Shown: positions 1 to 14,301, counted from the first letter of the stretch. The stretch: DNA of 64,000 nucleotides from an uncultured delta proteobacterium (GCA_963755715.1 CAVWLW010000033.1:321400-385399), one strand, 5' to 3'. Numbers and translations: made by a program. The notes: generated by a model not told the origin, from the letters alone.

Positions 1-831
1 TACATGGGCCACGTCAAAATGATGGGTGCGGTGCAGCCGTTTATTTCCGGCGCGATTTCCAAGACCATCAACATGCCCACCGACGCCACCGTGGAAGACA
101 TCATGCACGCCTACATGGAGTCGTGGAAACTGGGTCTCAAGGCGGTGGCGATCTATCGGGACGGATCCAAACGCACGCAGCCGCTCAATACCTCGAAAGA
201 CAAAGAGGAGCAGAAAAACGCGGCGGTGGAAATCAAAGAAGCGAGGGTATTGCGCCATAAGTTGCCCGACGAACGGCGCTCGATCACCCACAAGTTCGAT
301 ATCGCCGGCCATGAGGGCTACATTACCGCCGGCATGTATGAAGACGGCCAGCCGGGAGAAATCTTTATCACCATGTCGAAAGAGGGCTCGACGATCTCCG
401 GTCTAATGGATTCATTCGCCACGGCGATTTCCATGTCGCTACAATACGGTGTGCCGTTGAGAGTTCTGGTCGACAAGTTCAGCCATATGCGCTTCGAGCC
501 CTCCGGCTTTACCAAGAATCCCGATATTCCGATGGCAAAGTCGATCATGGATTATATTTTCCGCTGGCTCGCCAGCAAGTTTCTCGACGGCGATGCGCAG
601 CAAGAGGTCGGCATCGTCAAACAAGAACCGGTGGAAGAAGTGCACCATAAAAAAGTCGTCTCTCTCGCCGCTCATACGCCGCGCGGCGGCGCGCCGGTGA
701 CGAGCATCAGCAGTGTGACGGGCCTCTACCAGCAGGACGCGCCGCCTTGCCCCGACTGCGGCGCTATTATGATTCGCAGCGGCGCCTGCTATAAATGCTT
801 GAACTGCGGCGCAGTGAGCGGCTGCTCTTAA
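1..831 (+). CDS. nrdJ: Vitamin B12-dependent (class II) ribonucleotide reductase, C-terminal part (5'-truncated by window edge)
   Basis: [10 protein letters not shown] and AIYRDGS motifs, TSCPD domain ([24 protein letters not shown]), C-terminal Zn ribbon CPDCG...CLNCG; frame is open from base 1. Confidence 0.93.
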   Translation, partial: YMGHVKMMGAVQPFISGAISKTINMPTDATVEDIMHAYMESWKLGLKAVAIYRDGSKRTQPLNTSKDKEEQKNAAVEIKEARVLRHKLPDERRSITHKFDIAGHEGYITAGMYEDGQPGEIFITMSKEGSTISGLMDSFATAISMSLQYGVPLRVLVDKFSHMRFEPSGFTKNPDIPMAKSIMDYIFRWLASKFLDGDAQQEVGIVKQEPVEEVHHKKVVSLAAHTPRGGAPVTSISSVTGLYQQDAPPCPDCGAIMIRSGACYKCLNCGAVSGCS

Positions 832-862
832 GCGAGACGGAGCGACTGGGCTAAAAAGTCGG

Positions 863-896
863 ACGGGCTGGGAGCAAGGCTGCCGGCCCGTTTTTT
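863..896 (+). terminator. Rho-independent terminator between convergent genes
   Basis: acgggctgg...ccggcccgt stem followed by a T run; A run on the 5' side. Confidence 0.7.
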
Positions 897-984
897 ATTA
901 GAGCAGCTGCGGAGGATTGGAAGCCGGCCAGCGGATCAATTTTTAAAATAAAGAATTCGCGACAGCGCCGGTGAATATCGGACC

Positions 985-1590
985 TTATTTTTTTTCCAGA
1001 TAAAGCATGCCTTTCTGGGTGTCGATATCCATGCGGAAGTTGCTCAAAAAATTCAGCCCTAAAAGTCCGGCCACTTCTGGGTCGGGCACCGCATCGTGGA
1101 CTGCAGCGGGGAGATTGCGGATTTCCAATCCACCGACCGTGATCGATTCTAGGTTGGTCACCGGAGCCTGGATCAATCCATTGGCAGTCTGAAACGGCAG
1201 GGTTTTCGGATTCTGACCCACGTCGATGGACAGCTCGCGCGCGAGCGCGCTCGAGATTAGGGTATAGCTGGCGCCGGTATCGACTACGAATTTTGCCGAC
1301 CGCTTATTGTTCAAAGTCGCCTGAATGATTGCCACCTGGCCATGCTTCTCCAAAGGAATCGACGCTTTCTTCGGTGGCGGCGGTTTGATTTCCGGCTCGC
1401 GGCTGCGCGGGCTTTCTTGAGCTTGAATGCGGTTGGCCCCTGCCCTTTGTGTCTGCGGCACGTTGTGCAGGTTGTCGGTGATGTGAAGCACGCCGCTGTC
1501 GTCGACCCAACGGTAGTATTCGGCAGCGCGAGCACTATGAGCGAACCAAAGCAAGCAGAAAGCCAAGACCAGGCCGAGGTTGTTTTTCAC
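985..1590 (-). CDS. Secreted retropepsin-like (clan AA) aspartic protease with N-terminal DUF4124-like domain
   Basis: Signal peptide ending ARA-AE, YRWVDDSGVLHITD, catalytic VDTGAS, GLLGLNFL. Confidence 0.88.
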   Translation of the reverse strand: MKNNLGLVLAFCLLWFAHSARAAEYYRWVDDSGVLHITDNLHNVPQTQRAGANRIQAQESPRSREPEIKPPPPKKASIPLEKHGQVAIIQATLNNKRSAKFVVDTGASYTLISSALARELSIDVGQNPKTLPFQTANGLIQAPVTNLESITVGGLEIRNLPAAVHDAVPDPEVAGLLGLNFLSNFRMDIDTQKGMLYLEKK

Positions 1591-1804
1591 GATGACGCCA
1601 AATCTAGCATGTTTTTGGCGTTTCGGCGAAACAAAGTTTAAAGTTGAGAGACGGATTGACGCTAGGATTTGGGCGCCGTGGTTATTTTGGTTCAGGCGCG
1701 TCAGTTCTCATTGACCTTCACGATCTCGCATACTTTACAAGCGATTATCCTTGTGCTAGACGTGAATGAACTAAAGGAAGGAAAGAGACAAAAGAGCGGA
1801 GAAT

Positions 1805-2074
1805 ATGGGAATTGCTGAACCGCAGAAACGACAATCTATTGAGCAGTTCAGGGTTCATCAAACGGACACCGGCTCTCCAGAAGTGCAGGTTGCGCTTCTA
1901 AGCCAGCGCATCGACCATCTCACTGAACACTTCAAGGTCCATGTGAAGGATCACCATTCTCGTCGTGGACTCCTGAAGTTAGTAGGGCAGAGGAGAAGGC
2001 TGCTGGATTATCTTCGAAACACCGATTTTGCGAGATACCAGAACCTTATTCAGCGGCTTGGAATACGCAAATAG
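1805..2074 (+). CDS. rpsO: 30S ribosomal protein S15
   Basis: [35 protein letters not shown]; 89 aa; directly upstream of pnp. Confidence 0.99.
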   Translation: MGIAEPQKRQSIEQFRVHQTDTGSPEVQVALLSQRIDHLTEHFKVHVKDHHSRRGLLKLVGQRRRLLDYLRNTDFARYQNLIQRLGIRK

Positions 2075-2143
2075 CTATTCCCGATCCGTTGCCCTCCGTT
2101 TCCACGCCTCCGTCAGACGCGTCTCCCGCCAGAGGATTTTTCT

Positions 2144-4252
2144 ATGATTAAAAAGGTTGAAGTAGACTTTCATGGTCGACCCTTATCTATCGAGGTTGGC
2201 CGCATGGCTAAACAGGCTGATGGTGCCGCGCTGGTGCGCTACGGCGAAACGGTGGTTTTGGTGACTGCTGTCGCGGCCAAGGATCTCAAGCTCGACACCG
2301 ATTTTTTTCCCCTCACGGTAGACTACCAGGAAAAGACCTTCGCCGCCGGGAAGATTCCCGGCGGTTTTTTTAAACGGGAGGGCCGACCCTCGGAGAAAGA
2401 GATTTTAACCTGTCGATTGATCGACCGCTCGATTCGCCCGCTCTTCGCTGAAGGATTGCGTTGCGAGACTCAAGTGATTGCAACCGTGCTTTCCGCGGAC
2501 CGCGAGAACGATCCGGACGTAGTTGCCATGCTCGGAACATCGATCGCTTTGCACGTCTCTGACATCCCATTCAACGGGCCACTCGCCGGAGTGCGCATCG
2601 GCCGTATCGATGGCCGATGGGTGATGAATCCGACCCAGAGCCAACTGGAACAGAGCGACGTCGATATTTTTCTTTCCGGCAGCCGGGATGCGATCGTCAT
2701 GGTCGAGGGCGGCGCGCAAGTGGTGCCTGAGGAAGAGATTCTCGAAGCTCTGTTTGCCGGCCATGAAGCGATTCAACCACTCCTGCAAATACAAGAGGAA
2801 ATTCGCCGGGAGATCGGCAAACCGAAAAGACATGTGCCGCTCGCCCAATTGGACCACGCGGTTGCGCGCAGGGTCGAGGATTTGGCGCTTACCAGGTTGA
2901 GACAAGCTCTCGAGGTGCCCGAGAAGTTGGAACGCTATAAACGGATCGCCGAAGTTAAGGGCGAGGTCGTACCGCTGGCTTTGGCCGAATTTCCAGACAA
3001 ACAAAAAGATATCAAAGGTGCTTTCGAGGAGCTCAAACGTAACGTTTTTCGCGGCTTGGTCATTCAAAAGGAGCGGCGCATCGACGGGCGCGGCCTCAAG
3101 GACGTCCGGCCGATTACATGCGAAACTGGGGTGCTGCCGCGCACCCACGGCTCGGCGTTATTTACGCGCGGCGAAACCCAGGCACTTGTAGTCACCACCT
3201 TGGGCACGACGTCGGACGAGCAAAGGGTCGATGCTTTGATCGGCGAGCATTTCAAAAAATTCATGCTGCATTACAATTTTCCGCCGTTCAGTGTCGGCGA
3301 AGTTAAATTTCTGCGCGGTCCCGGGCGGCGCGAAATCGGTCACGGCAATCTCGCCGAGCGCGCCCTGGTTCCCGTGCTGCCCGCCGAAGACGGCTTTCCC
3401 TATACCATTCGCATCGTCGCGGAAATTCTCGAGTCCAACGGCTCGACATCGATGGCGACGGTGTGCGGTGGATCGCTGTCCTTGATGGACGCGGGCGTGC
3501 CGGTCGCAGCTCCAGTGGCGGGTATCGCCATGGGACTGATTAAAGAAGGAGAGCATGTGCGCGTGCTCTCCGACATTCTTGGCGACGAAGATCACCTGGG
3601 CGATATGGACTTCAAGGTCGCCGGCACGGCGGACGGTGTGACCTCTCTGCAGATGGATATCAAAATCAGCGGCGTCAATCGTGAAGTCATGCACCAGGCG
3701 CTACACCAGGCCAAAGAGGGCCGGCTGCATATTCTCGGCATCATGAATGCGACGTTACCGGCCGCACGGACCAGCGTTTCCGGGCATGCGCCGCGCATCA
3801 TTACTTTGAGAGTCAAGCCGGAGAAGATTCGCGAGATCATCGGCCCGGGCGGAAAAGTCATTCGCGGTATCATCGAAGCGACCGGCGTCAAGATGGACGT
3901 CGAAGATGACGGCACCGTGACGATCGCCTCGATCGATGCAGCGGCCTCCCAAAAGGCCGTTGAGATGGTGCAGCGGATCGCCGCGGAAGCCGAGATCGGG
4001 AAAATATACAAAGGCACCGTGCGCAAGATCGTCGAATTCGGCGCCTTCGTTGAGATATTGCCGGGCACCGACGGCTTGGTTCATATCTCCCAGCTCGCGC
4101 CCGAGCGCGTGCGCAAAGTCAGCGACGTGCTGAAAGAAGGCGATGAAGTGATGGTGAAAGTCCTGGAAATCGACAAACAGGGCAAGATCCGGCTGAGCCG
4201 CAAAGAGGCGCTTGAAGAAACCGGCGGCGATTCGGGTAGCGCGCCGAATTGA
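2144..4252 (+). CDS. pnp: Polyribonucleotide nucleotidyltransferase (PNPase)
   Basis: [32 protein letters not shown] and S1 domains. Confidence 0.99.
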   Translation: MIKKVEVDFHGRPLSIEVGRMAKQADGAALVRYGETVVLVTAVAAKDLKLDTDFFPLTVDYQEKTFAAGKIPGGFFKREGRPSEKEILTCRLIDRSIRPLFAEGLRCETQVIATVLSADRENDPDVVAMLGTSIALHVSDIPFNGPLAGVRIGRIDGRWVMNPTQSQLEQSDVDIFLSGSRDAIVMVEGGAQVVPEEEILEALFAGHEAIQPLLQIQEEIRREIGKPKRHVPLAQLDHAVARRVEDLALTRLRQALEVPEKLERYKRIAEVKGEVVPLALAEFPDKQKDIKGAFEELKRNVFRGLVIQKERRIDGRGLKDVRPITCETGVLPRTHGSALFTRGETQALVVTTLGTTSDEQRVDALIGEHFKKFMLHYNFPPFSVGEVKFLRGPGRREIGHGNLAERALVPVLPAEDGFPYTIRIVAEILESNGSTSMATVCGGSLSLMDAGVPVAAPVAGIAMGLIKEGEHVRVLSDILGDEDHLGDMDFKVAGTADGVTSLQMDIKISGVNREVMHQALHQAKEGRLHILGIMNATLPAARTSVSGHAPRIITLRVKPEKIREIIGPGGKVIRGIIEATGVKMDVEDDGTVTIASIDAAASQKAVEMVQRIAAEAEIGKIYKGTVRKIVEFGAFVEILPGTDGLVHISQLAPERVRKVSDVLKEGDEVMVKVLEIDKQGKIRLSRKEALEETGGDSGSAPN

Positions 4253-4278
4253 CGGCGGCGCATCTCACGTGACATTTG

Positions 4279-5556
4279 ATGGCTTCTAAAACCGTCCTCG
4301 ACAACGGCATTCGGATCGTGTCCCATGAAATGCCCGAGCATCGCTCCGTGAGTCTCGGCATCTGGGTCGAAAACGGCTCGCGCCACGAAAGCGAAGCGGA
4401 AAACGGCCTCTCGCATTTTATCGAGCATCTGCTTTTCAAAGGCACGGCGCGGCGTAGCGCCGCACAAATCGCCGAAGAGATGGACGCCGTGGGCGGCGTA
4501 CTCAACGCCTTCACTTCCAAAGAGCACACCTGCTACTACGCCAAAGTGCTCGATGAAAATCTGCCGTTGGCGATCGATCTCTTGACCGATATTTTTCTCC
4601 ATTCGAGTTTCGAAGCCGAGGAGATCGAGCGCGAAAGATCGGTGATTCTTCAGGAAATTTCCCAGGCGGAAGATACGCCGGACGATTATGTGCATGATCT
4701 TTTCAATCTCGACTTCTTCAAGGATCATCCCATCGGCCGGCCGATTTGCGGCCGTGAGCAAACCGTCAATGGCTTTAGCCGTGAAGATATTCTCGGCTTT
4801 TTCAGATCGCGTTATCAGCCGCGCCGCGTCATTGTTTCCGCCGCCGGCAACTTTCGCCACAGCGCGCTGGTCGACGAGATCGGCGCGCGTCTTGGCGTTG
4901 TGCACGGTAGCACTGACTCCGATCGGGCATTGAGCGTGAACGGTGAGTCAGCGCCCGAGATGGGCAGCGGTATTTTCCCGCACGCCAAATCGTTGGAGCA
5001 GGTTCATCTCTGTCTCGGCGTCGCCGGCATTTCTCAAGCCCATCCCAAACGCTATATCGCCTACGTGCTCAATACCCTTCTTGGCGGCGGCATGAGCTCG
5101 CGCCTGTTCCAAGAGATTCGCGAAAAGCGCGGCAAGGCTTATTCGGTCTATTCTTTTTCATCTTCTTATAAGGACGTCGGTTATTTCGGCGTGTACGCCG
5201 GAACCAGTCTCGAATCGACCGAGGAAGTCGTCGAGCTTATCGTCAAAGAGCTGCAAAAGCTCGCGGCGGGCGAAGTCAGCGATGTCGAGCTTAGCCGCAC
5301 TCAAGGCCAATTGGTCGGCAGCATGATGCTCGGCTTGGAATCGACGGACTCCTGGATGAGCCACATCGCGCGCGATGAAATTTATTTCGGTAAGACAGTC
5401 ACGACGGACGAGATTTGCCAGCAGATTCGCGCGGTGTCGCGCGACGACGTGATCGAGCTCGCGGACGCGCTTTTTGCCAGCGGCGCCATGACGCTGACGC
5501 TCTTAGGCGGCTTCGACGAGAATTTTCAAATCAAAAACCTACAATTGAATCATTGA
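4279..5556 (+). CDS. M16 family (pitrilysin) zinc peptidase
   Basis: Inverted zinc motif HFIEHLLFKGT, LNAFTSKEHT, GGGMSSRLFQEIREKRG; conserved position after pnp. Confidence 0.93.
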   Translation: MASKTVLDNGIRIVSHEMPEHRSVSLGIWVENGSRHESEAENGLSHFIEHLLFKGTARRSAAQIAEEMDAVGGVLNAFTSKEHTCYYAKVLDENLPLAIDLLTDIFLHSSFEAEEIERERSVILQEISQAEDTPDDYVHDLFNLDFFKDHPIGRPICGREQTVNGFSREDILGFFRSRYQPRRVIVSAAGNFRHSALVDEIGARLGVVHGSTDSDRALSVNGESAPEMGSGIFPHAKSLEQVHLCLGVAGISQAHPKRYIAYVLNTLLGGGMSSRLFQEIREKRGKAYSVYSFSSSYKDVGYFGVYAGTSLESTEEVVELIVKELQKLAAGEVSDVELSRTQGQLVGSMMLGLESTDSWMSHIARDEIYFGKTVTTDEICQQIRAVSRDDVIELADALFASGAMTLTLLGGFDENFQIKNLQLNH

Positions 5557-5590
5557 GCAGCGCCATTGGGCCGCGCGCGGGTGAGAATCG

Positions 5591-6058
5591 GTGGAAGAAG
5601 TTCGGATTGAGATCAAGCGCCTGCGGCCGGGCCCGGCGTCGCTCGATCTGCCTGCTTATATGACCGAGGGCGCGGCGGGGATGGATCTTTGCGCCGATAT
5701 CCAAACGGAGCTCGTGCTGGCGCCCATGGCGCGAGCTTTGATTCCCACCGGTATCGCGATTGCCCTACCACCCGGTTTCGAAGCGCAAATCCGGCCGCGC
5801 AGCGGCTTGGCTCTGAAGCAGGGTCTGACCCTGCTCAACAGCCCCGGCACGATCGACTCGGACTACCGCGGCGAGATTCAAGTGATCGCCATCAACCTCG
5901 GCAATGAGTCGATTCTCATTCAGCGCGGTCAGCGCATCGCACAAATGATCGTGCAGCGCGTCGTTCGCGCCCGGTGGCGCGAAGTCGATGACCTCTCGCT
6001 GTCGGCAAGACAAGACGGCGGGTTCGGACACACGGATGAAAAAGAGGGGCGCAATTAA
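5591..6058 (+). CDS. dut: dUTP diphosphatase
   Basis: [29 protein letters not shown]-x-x-GGFGHT motifs. Confidence 0.97.
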   Translation: MEEVRIEIKRLRPGPASLDLPAYMTEGAAGMDLCADIQTELVLAPMARALIPTGIAIALPPGFEAQIRPRSGLALKQGLTLLNSPGTIDSDYRGEIQVIAINLGNESILIQRGQRIAQMIVQRVVRARWREVDDLSLSARQDGGFGHTDEKEGRN

Positions 6059-6094
6059 TCGCGCCCCTCCATTCTCGCTGTCGGACGTCGCAGC

Positions 6095-7387
6095 ATGATC
6101 CCGCGTTACACCCGGCCTGAGATGGGCCACATTTGGTCGGAAGAAAATGGTTTTCAAAAATGGCTCGAGGTCGAAATTCTTGCTGCCGAGGGTTTGGCGC
6201 GCCTCGGGAAAGTTCCCAAAGCCGCCATCACGCGCATTCGCAGGAAAGCGCGCTTTAATGTGAAGCGCATCCGCGCGATCGAAGCCGAGGTCAAGCACGA
6301 GATCATCGCGTTTTTGAGCTCGGTCGCAGAATCGATCGGCGATGACGCCCGCTATCTCCATGTCGGCATGACTTCGTCGGACGTGATGGACACGGCGCTG
6401 GCGATGCAGTTCAAAGAAGCTTCGGTGCTGATCGATCAAGACATTAAAAACCTCATGAACGTGCTGCGCCGTCAAGCGCGCAAGTATAAATGGACCGTGA
6501 TGATCGGCCGCACGCACGGCGTGCACGCCGAGCCGATCACCTTCGGACTGAAGCTGGCGCTCTGGTATCAGGAAATGGCGCGCCATCACGCGCGTTTTCA
6601 AAAAGCCGTCGACGATATTTGCGTCGGGCAAATTTCCGGCGCTGTGGGAACCTTCGCGCAGATTTCGCCCAAGGTCGAGGCGTACGTCTGCCGCAAGGCC
6701 GGGCTCAAGCCGGCGCTTATTTCCAATCAAATCATTCAGCGCGACCGCCATGCATTTTATTTTGCCACCTTGGCGATCCTCGCCAGCTCCTTGGAAAAGT
6801 TTGCGATCGAGGTGCGCCACTTGCAGCGCACTGAAGTCCAAGAAGCCGAGGAGCCGTTTACCGAAGGTCAAAAAGGCTCATCGGCGATGCCGCACAAACG
6901 CAATCCGATATTGTCCGAGAACGTTTCGGGCTTGGCGCGGCTCATGCGCTCCTATGCGCTGGCCGCGATGGAAAACGTGCCGCTTTGGCACGAAAGAGAT
7001 ATCAGCCATTCTTCCGTGGAGCGCGTGATTGCGCCGGATGCGACGATTGCGCTCGATTTCATGCTGCGCCGCATGACCTACGTGCTCGGCAATTTATGCG
7101 TCTATCCGGAGAATATGAAACGCAATTTGGAAAAAAGCGGCGGCACGGTTTTTTCCGAAAAAGTGCTGCTCGCGTTGGTCGATAAAGGAGTTGCGCGCGA
7201 TGTCGCTTATCGCATGGTTCAACGCCATGCCCTGAAGGTGGGAAAAGAGGGCGGCGACTTAAAACGCGAGCTGCTTGCGGACGCCGAGCTGCGCCGGCAT
7301 TTGTCCGCTAAAGAGATCGAGGCCGTGTGGGGGGTCAAGCACCACCTGGCCAACGTCGATTTTATCTTTCGCCGGGTATTTCATTAA
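6095..7387 (+). CDS. purB: Adenylosuccinate lyase
   Basis: GRTHGVHAEP and signature GSSAMPHKRNP. Confidence 0.97.
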   Translation: MIPRYTRPEMGHIWSEENGFQKWLEVEILAAEGLARLGKVPKAAITRIRRKARFNVKRIRAIEAEVKHEIIAFLSSVAESIGDDARYLHVGMTSSDVMDTALAMQFKEASVLIDQDIKNLMNVLRRQARKYKWTVMIGRTHGVHAEPITFGLKLALWYQEMARHHARFQKAVDDICVGQISGAVGTFAQISPKVEAYVCRKAGLKPALISNQIIQRDRHAFYFATLAILASSLEKFAIEVRHLQRTEVQEAEEPFTEGQKGSSAMPHKRNPILSENVSGLARLMRSYALAAMENVPLWHERDISHSSVERVIAPDATIALDFMLRRMTYVLGNLCVYPENMKRNLEKSGGTVFSEKVLLALVDKGVARDVAYRMVQRHALKVGKEGGDLKRELLADAELRRHLSAKEIEAVWGVKHHLANVDFIFRRVFH

Positions 7388-7413
7388 ATCTTGTCGCTTA
7401 GAAAATGTGACCT

Positions 7414-7659
7414 ATGCGTGTTAAAATTTTTATATCGCTGAAACAAGGCGTCCTCGATCCGCAAGGCAAAGCCATCGAGCGGTCCTTGCATACGCTCGGT
7501 TACGGCGAAGTGCGCGACGCGCGCGTCGGTAAGTTCCTCGAGCTCGAAATCGACGCGCAATCACGCGCGGAGGTGGAACCTCGTATCCGCGAAATGTGTG
7601 ATAAGTTGTTGGCCAATACAGTAATCGAAGATTACCGGTTTGAAATCAGCGAAGATTGA
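7414..7659 (+). CDS. purS: Phosphoribosylformylglycinamidine synthase subunit PurS
   Basis: VLDPQGKAI, LLANTVIEDY. Confidence 0.96.
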   Translation: MRVKIFISLKQGVLDPQGKAIERSLHTLGYGEVRDARVGKFLELEIDAQSRAEVEPRIREMCDKLLANTVIEDYRFEISED

Positions 7660-7709
7660 GGACCCATGGTGGGAATTCAGCAGTCAGTCTTCAGCACTCA
7701 GGACTAACC

Positions 7710-8412
7710 ATGCGTTGGGCGGTTATTACTTTTCCCGGCTCCTGCGACGATCATGACGTCTTCGACAGTCTAAAATCGGATCTGGGGCAGCCAGTTAAAT
7801 TTCTCTGGCATAAAGAGGAGCTGAAGGGCAACTTCGATTGCATCGTGCTGCCGGGGGGGTTCTCCTATGGCGACTACCTGCGCTGCGGCGCCATGGCGCG
7901 CTTTTCGCCGATCATGCGCGGCGTGGTGAAATTTGCCCAAAGCGGTGGACTGGTGCTGGGAATTTGCAACGGCTTTCAGATTCTTTGCGAGTCCGGGCTG
8001 TTGCCCGGCGCGCTGGTGCGCAATGCCGGCCTGCAGTTTGTCTGCCAGCAGGTTTATTTGCGCGTCGAGGAAACCGACACGCCGTTCACGGGCGGATTAA
8101 AAAAAGGCCAACTGCTGCGCCTGCCGGTCAAGCACGGCGAGGGCTGCTACTATGCCGATGCGAAAACCCTCGAGCGCATGCATAAGAATCGTCAAATCCT
8201 GCTTCATTACGCCGACCCAAAAGGCAAGATCACGGCGGCAGCCAATCCCAATGGTTCCTTGGAAAATATCGCGGGTGTGTGCAACGAAGGGCGTAACGTC
8301 TTTGGCTTGATGCCTCACCCGGAAGACGCGTGCAGTAAGATTCTCGGCGGCGATGACGGCGCCAGAATCTTCATGTCGATTGCAGCGGCCTGCGCCGAAA
8401 GGGCGAGGCGGC

Positions 8413-8420
<8 letters not shown>
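7710..8420 (+). CDS. purQ: Phosphoribosylformylglycinamidine synthase subunit PurQ (glutaminase)
   Basis: [23 protein letters not shown]; ATG at 7710 preferred to TTG at 7656. Confidence 0.96.
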
Positions 8421-10644
<2,224 letters not shown>

Positions 10645-10648
<4 letters not shown>

Positions 10649-10683
10649 CAATTCATTGTCATCCCGAACAAAGTGAGGGATCT
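10645..10683. repeat. REP-like element, family A (TGTCAT...GATCT), partial
   Basis: atgaca...tgtcatcccgaacaaagtgagggatct; matches five other copies in this window. Confidence 0.6.
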
Positions 10684-10707
10684 GGGTAAGGTAAACCGGC
10701 TCTAATC

Positions 10708-12135
10708 ATGTCCGATAAATTTCACGAAGAATGCGCGGTGATGGGGGTCTACGGCCATCCCGAGGCGTCCAACATGGTCTATCTCGGCCTCTACGCGCTG
10801 CAGCATCGCGGCCAGGAGTCTTGCGGCATTGTTTCGTCCGACGGGCAAGGGCTGATCTCGCATCGCCAGATGGGCCTGGTCGCCGACGCGTTCAAAGAGG
10901 ATGTCATCAAGCGGCTGGAAGGCAACAGCGCCATCGGCCACAATCGCTACTCCACGACGGGTCAGAGCCACTTGAAAAATGCCCAGCCGTTCGTGGTCGA
11001 ATATTCGCAAGGACCGATCGCCATCTCGCACAATGGCAATCTCGTCAATGGCGCGCTGCTGCGCGAAGAATTGGAGCGCTCCGGCTCGATTTTTCAATCG
11101 ACCACCGACACCGAGGTGATCGTCCATCTCATCGCGACTTCGAAGGGGGGGACGCTGATAAGCCGCATCGTTGAAGCTCTAAGCCGAGTGCGCGGCGCTT
11201 ATTCCTTGTTGTTTCTGACGTTGGATAAGATGATCGCGGCGCGTGATCCGTACGGATTTCGTCCGCTGGTGCTGGGAAAATTTCCCGAAGGAAAAAATCG
11301 CGGCGCTTTCGTTTTTGCCTCCGAGACCTGCGCGTTGGACCTGATCGAGGCTGAATTCATTCGCGACGTCGAGCCCGGCGAGATCGTTACGATCGGTCCG
11401 GATGGAATGGAGGAATCGCTCAAACCATTTCCGCCAGCGCCCCACGCGAAGTGCATTTTCGAATATATTTACTTCGCCCGTCCGGACAGCAATTTATTCG
11501 GACACAACGTTTATCAGGTGCGCAAAGCGCTCGGCCGCCAGCTGGCAAGGGAGAGCGGCGTGCCGGCCGACCTCGTCACGCCGGTGCCTGACTCGGGCGT
11601 GCCGGCGGCGATCGGTTACGCCGAGGAATCGAAGATCCCGTTGGAGTTCGGCTTGATCCGCAATCACTACGTCGGGCGCACTTTCATCGAGCCGCAGCAG
11701 ACGATCCGCAACTTCGGTGTCAAGATCAAGCTCAACGCTCAGCGTGACGTTTTGAACGGCAAGCGTGTCGTAGTGGTCGATGATTCGATCGTGCGCGGCA
11801 CCACCAGCCGCAAAATTATCCGCATGCTGCGCGATGCGGGAGCTAAAGAAGTGCACATGCGCATCAGCTCACCGGCGACGATCAGCCCTTGTTACTACGG
11901 CATCGACACGCCGACCCGCTCCGAGCTGATCGCCTCGTCCAATTCGGTCGAAGAAATCCGCCGCTACATCGAGGCCGACACGCTGGCTTATTTGAGCAAC
12001 GACGGCATGTACGCTTACTTCGGTGGACAAAAAAAGGGCTTCTGCGACGCCTGCTTTACCGGCAACTATCCCGTTCATTTCGAAGACGAAGGGCACACCA
12101 AGCAACTGCACTTATTTGACGCGGTAAGCCGTTAA
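10708..12135 (+). CDS. purF: Amidophosphoribosyltransferase
   Basis: Propeptide then EEC, QHRGQE, GHNRYST, PRPP motif VDDSIVRGTT, C-terminal CDAC. Confidence 0.98.
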   Translation: MSDKFHEECAVMGVYGHPEASNMVYLGLYALQHRGQESCGIVSSDGQGLISHRQMGLVADAFKEDVIKRLEGNSAIGHNRYSTTGQSHLKNAQPFVVEYSQGPIAISHNGNLVNGALLREELERSGSIFQSTTDTEVIVHLIATSKGGTLISRIVEALSRVRGAYSLLFLTLDKMIAARDPYGFRPLVLGKFPEGKNRGAFVFASETCALDLIEAEFIRDVEPGEIVTIGPDGMEESLKPFPPAPHAKCIFEYIYFARPDSNLFGHNVYQVRKALGRQLARESGVPADLVTPVPDSGVPAAIGYAEESKIPLEFGLIRNHYVGRTFIEPQQTIRNFGVKIKLNAQRDVLNGKRVVVVDDSIVRGTTSRKIIRMLRDAGAKEVHMRISSPATISPCYYGIDTPTRSELIASSNSVEEIRRYIEADTLAYLSNDGMYAYFGGQKKGFCDACFTGNYPVHFEDEGHTKQLHLFDAVSR

Positions 12136-12146
12136 CTATCTCGCGA

Positions 12147-13151
12147 TCAACTGCTAGCTCGAAGTTCGGCGTAATTTTCCAAGCCGAGTTTTCGCTTGCC
12201 CGTTTCAAGCTCGTGAATCATGTCCAGTACCTTCCGGCAAAGCGGCGTCGAAATTTTGAATTTTTCACCTTCGCGGACGACATAAGCAAGAGTAAAATCC
12301 ACTTCAGTCTTGATACTTTTTTGAATCTGTCTGAGAGGCCCCTTGCGGTCGTCGAGCTTCCACGATTTGGCGAAGGCATTGACCGCGGCGAGCCGTTTTT
12401 CGAAAGAGATGCTCGGATGAAAATCCGGCGGATTGTATTCCGCGAGGGAAATAAAGCGGGCGCCGACCGCGTTGCCGACGGCGACGACTTCACCGAAAAA
12501 TTCCGTGAGATTATGCCGGCTCGCTTCATCGGCGCAGCTCGTCATGAGCGAAGCGTCGGCGAGCGAACCGTAATAGCCCAAGCAAGTGTAGGTGAGCTTG
12601 CTCCAAAGCACGCCGAGAATATTGTCCGAGATATCGGTTTCCATAACCGGATTGAGTATTCCTTGGAGGTTCTCCAACTGCGGCGTCGTTTTGCCGTGCA
12701 CATGGCCGATATAAAGATGGCCGCGGATCGCGGTCTGCACATGGCCGGGAGCGACTTTGCGGCAGCCCATGCGAATCGCCATGCCAATGGTTCGATCCGC
12801 GCCGACTTTTTCTTGAAGCAGCGGCGGGTTGATGCCGTTCTGCATGGAAACTAAAAGGCCGTTGTCGGCGAGGTGGGGCAAGACGGTGTGAAGCGCGTCC
12901 GGCGTGTAGTTCGAGCGAACCGCGATCAGGCCGATGTCATATTTGCCCTCGATCTCGTCGGGAAACAAGATTTTGACTTTGACGTTGAACGATCCGTCCG
13001 GCACCTCGACTTGCAGGCCTTTTTCACGGATCGCCTGGACATGCTCTCTATCGACATCGACGAAAGTGATGTCGTGGCCGGCGCGCGCCAGCCTGCCGCC
13101 GATGATACCGCCGATAGGGCCGGTGCCGATCACGATCATACGATTGCTCAT
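12147..13151 (-). CDS. Ketopantoate reductase family (PanE/ApbA-like) oxidoreductase
   Basis: GTGPIGG Rossmann motif, SMQNG, WSKL, TEVD, STPLC; probable ATG at 13151. Confidence 0.8.
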   Translation of the reverse strand: MSNRMIVIGTGPIGGIIGGRLARAGHDITFVDVDREHVQAIREKGLQVEVPDGSFNVKVKILFPDEIEGKYDIGLIAVRSNYTPDALHTVLPHLADNGLLVSMQNGINPPLLQEKVGADRTIGMAIRMGCRKVAPGHVQTAIRGHLYIGHVHGKTTPQLENLQGILNPVMETDISDNILGVLWSKLTYTCLGYYGSLADASLMTSCADEASRHNLTEFFGEVVAVGNAVGARFISLAEYNPPDFHPSISFEKRLAAVNAFAKSWKLDDRKGPLRQIQKSIKTEVDFTLAYVVREGEKFKISTPLCRKVLDMIHELETGKRKLGLENYAELRASS

Positions 13152-13322
13152 CTTTCCTCCTGATTCGCGGCGTTGAAACGGAGCCACGATATGCAATGAA
13201 TGAAGCAGCGTCAAACGATTTTGCGCAACGGCGGGCGAAATGCTCCTACTTGAAGAAACAGCTCTCGTAGATTAAACAGGTCCCAGCATTGCACGGATTT
13301 TCGCCACCCTGAAAGGACGATC

Positions 13323-14301
13323 ATGAAAAGAGCGATTTTCGGGCTTCTCGTCTTTCTTCTCTGGATAACTCAAGTGAGCGCTGCGGACCGGGTTCGCATC
13401 GGCTACAGCTCGATCAGCGGCGCCTACACGCCGATCTGGGTGGCGCATGACGCCGGTTACTTCGCGAAAGAAGGCTTGCAGGACGATATCATTCTCATTC
13501 CCAGCGGCACGCAGCTCGCTCAAGTGACCGTGGCCGGTGAGATCGAGATCGGCTCGCTCAACGGCAGCTCGGCGATCGCGGCCGCGCTCCAAGGCGCGGA
13601 TCTCAAGATCATCGGTAACTCCGGCAACAAAATGGTGTTCTCGCTCTACGTCCGGCCGGAGATCAAAAGCGTGGAGGCGTTGAAGGGTAAGAAAATCGGC
13701 ATCACTCGATTCGGCTCGGCGCCGGATATTTCGGTTCGCTACGCGCTCAGAAAATACAACATCAATCCGGATAAGGATTTGACGTTGATTCAATTGGGCT
13801 TCATGGCGACGGTCGCCGCCGGTTTGCAGGGCGGCTCGATCGAGGGCGGCGTGGTGTCGCCGCCGACCCAGTTCGCGGTCGATAAAGCCGGCTTCAAAGA
13901 ATTGATCAGCATCACCGACATGGATTTTGCTTTTCCCAATCCGGCTTTAGTCGCGGTGGGACCGATCATCCGCAGCAAGCCGGATGTGATCAACCGATTC
14001 ATACGCGCGTACGTCCGCGGCATTCATCGCGCGCGCACCGATCGCGAGTTCACCTATAAATCGATGGCTAAATACACCAAAATCCAAGATCAGTCGGTGC
14101 TGCAGAAGGCCTATGATTTTTACATGAGCAAAGTTTTGGAAAAGGCGCCGTATATCAATATGACCGGTGTGCAGAATGTGCTGGACGATCTGGTGAAAAC
14201 CGTTCCCGCCGCGAAGAACGCCAAGCCTGAACAATTCGTCGATATGCGTTTCCTCGACACCCTGGAGAAGAGCGGGCTTGTTAAAAGAGCTGTATCCGTA
14301 G
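13323..14301 (+). CDS. ABC transporter substrate-binding protein, NMT1/THI5/SsuA-like (extra A near 14284)
   Basis: Signal peptide, GYFAKEGL, LKGKKIGITRFGS; natural end KELYP-TAG at 14301 after removing one A from a run. Confidence 0.87.

Noticed and set aside
1650-1804. Possible S15 autoregulatory leader upstream of rpsO
   Set aside because: Expected by analogy, but I could not identify a specific structure by eye
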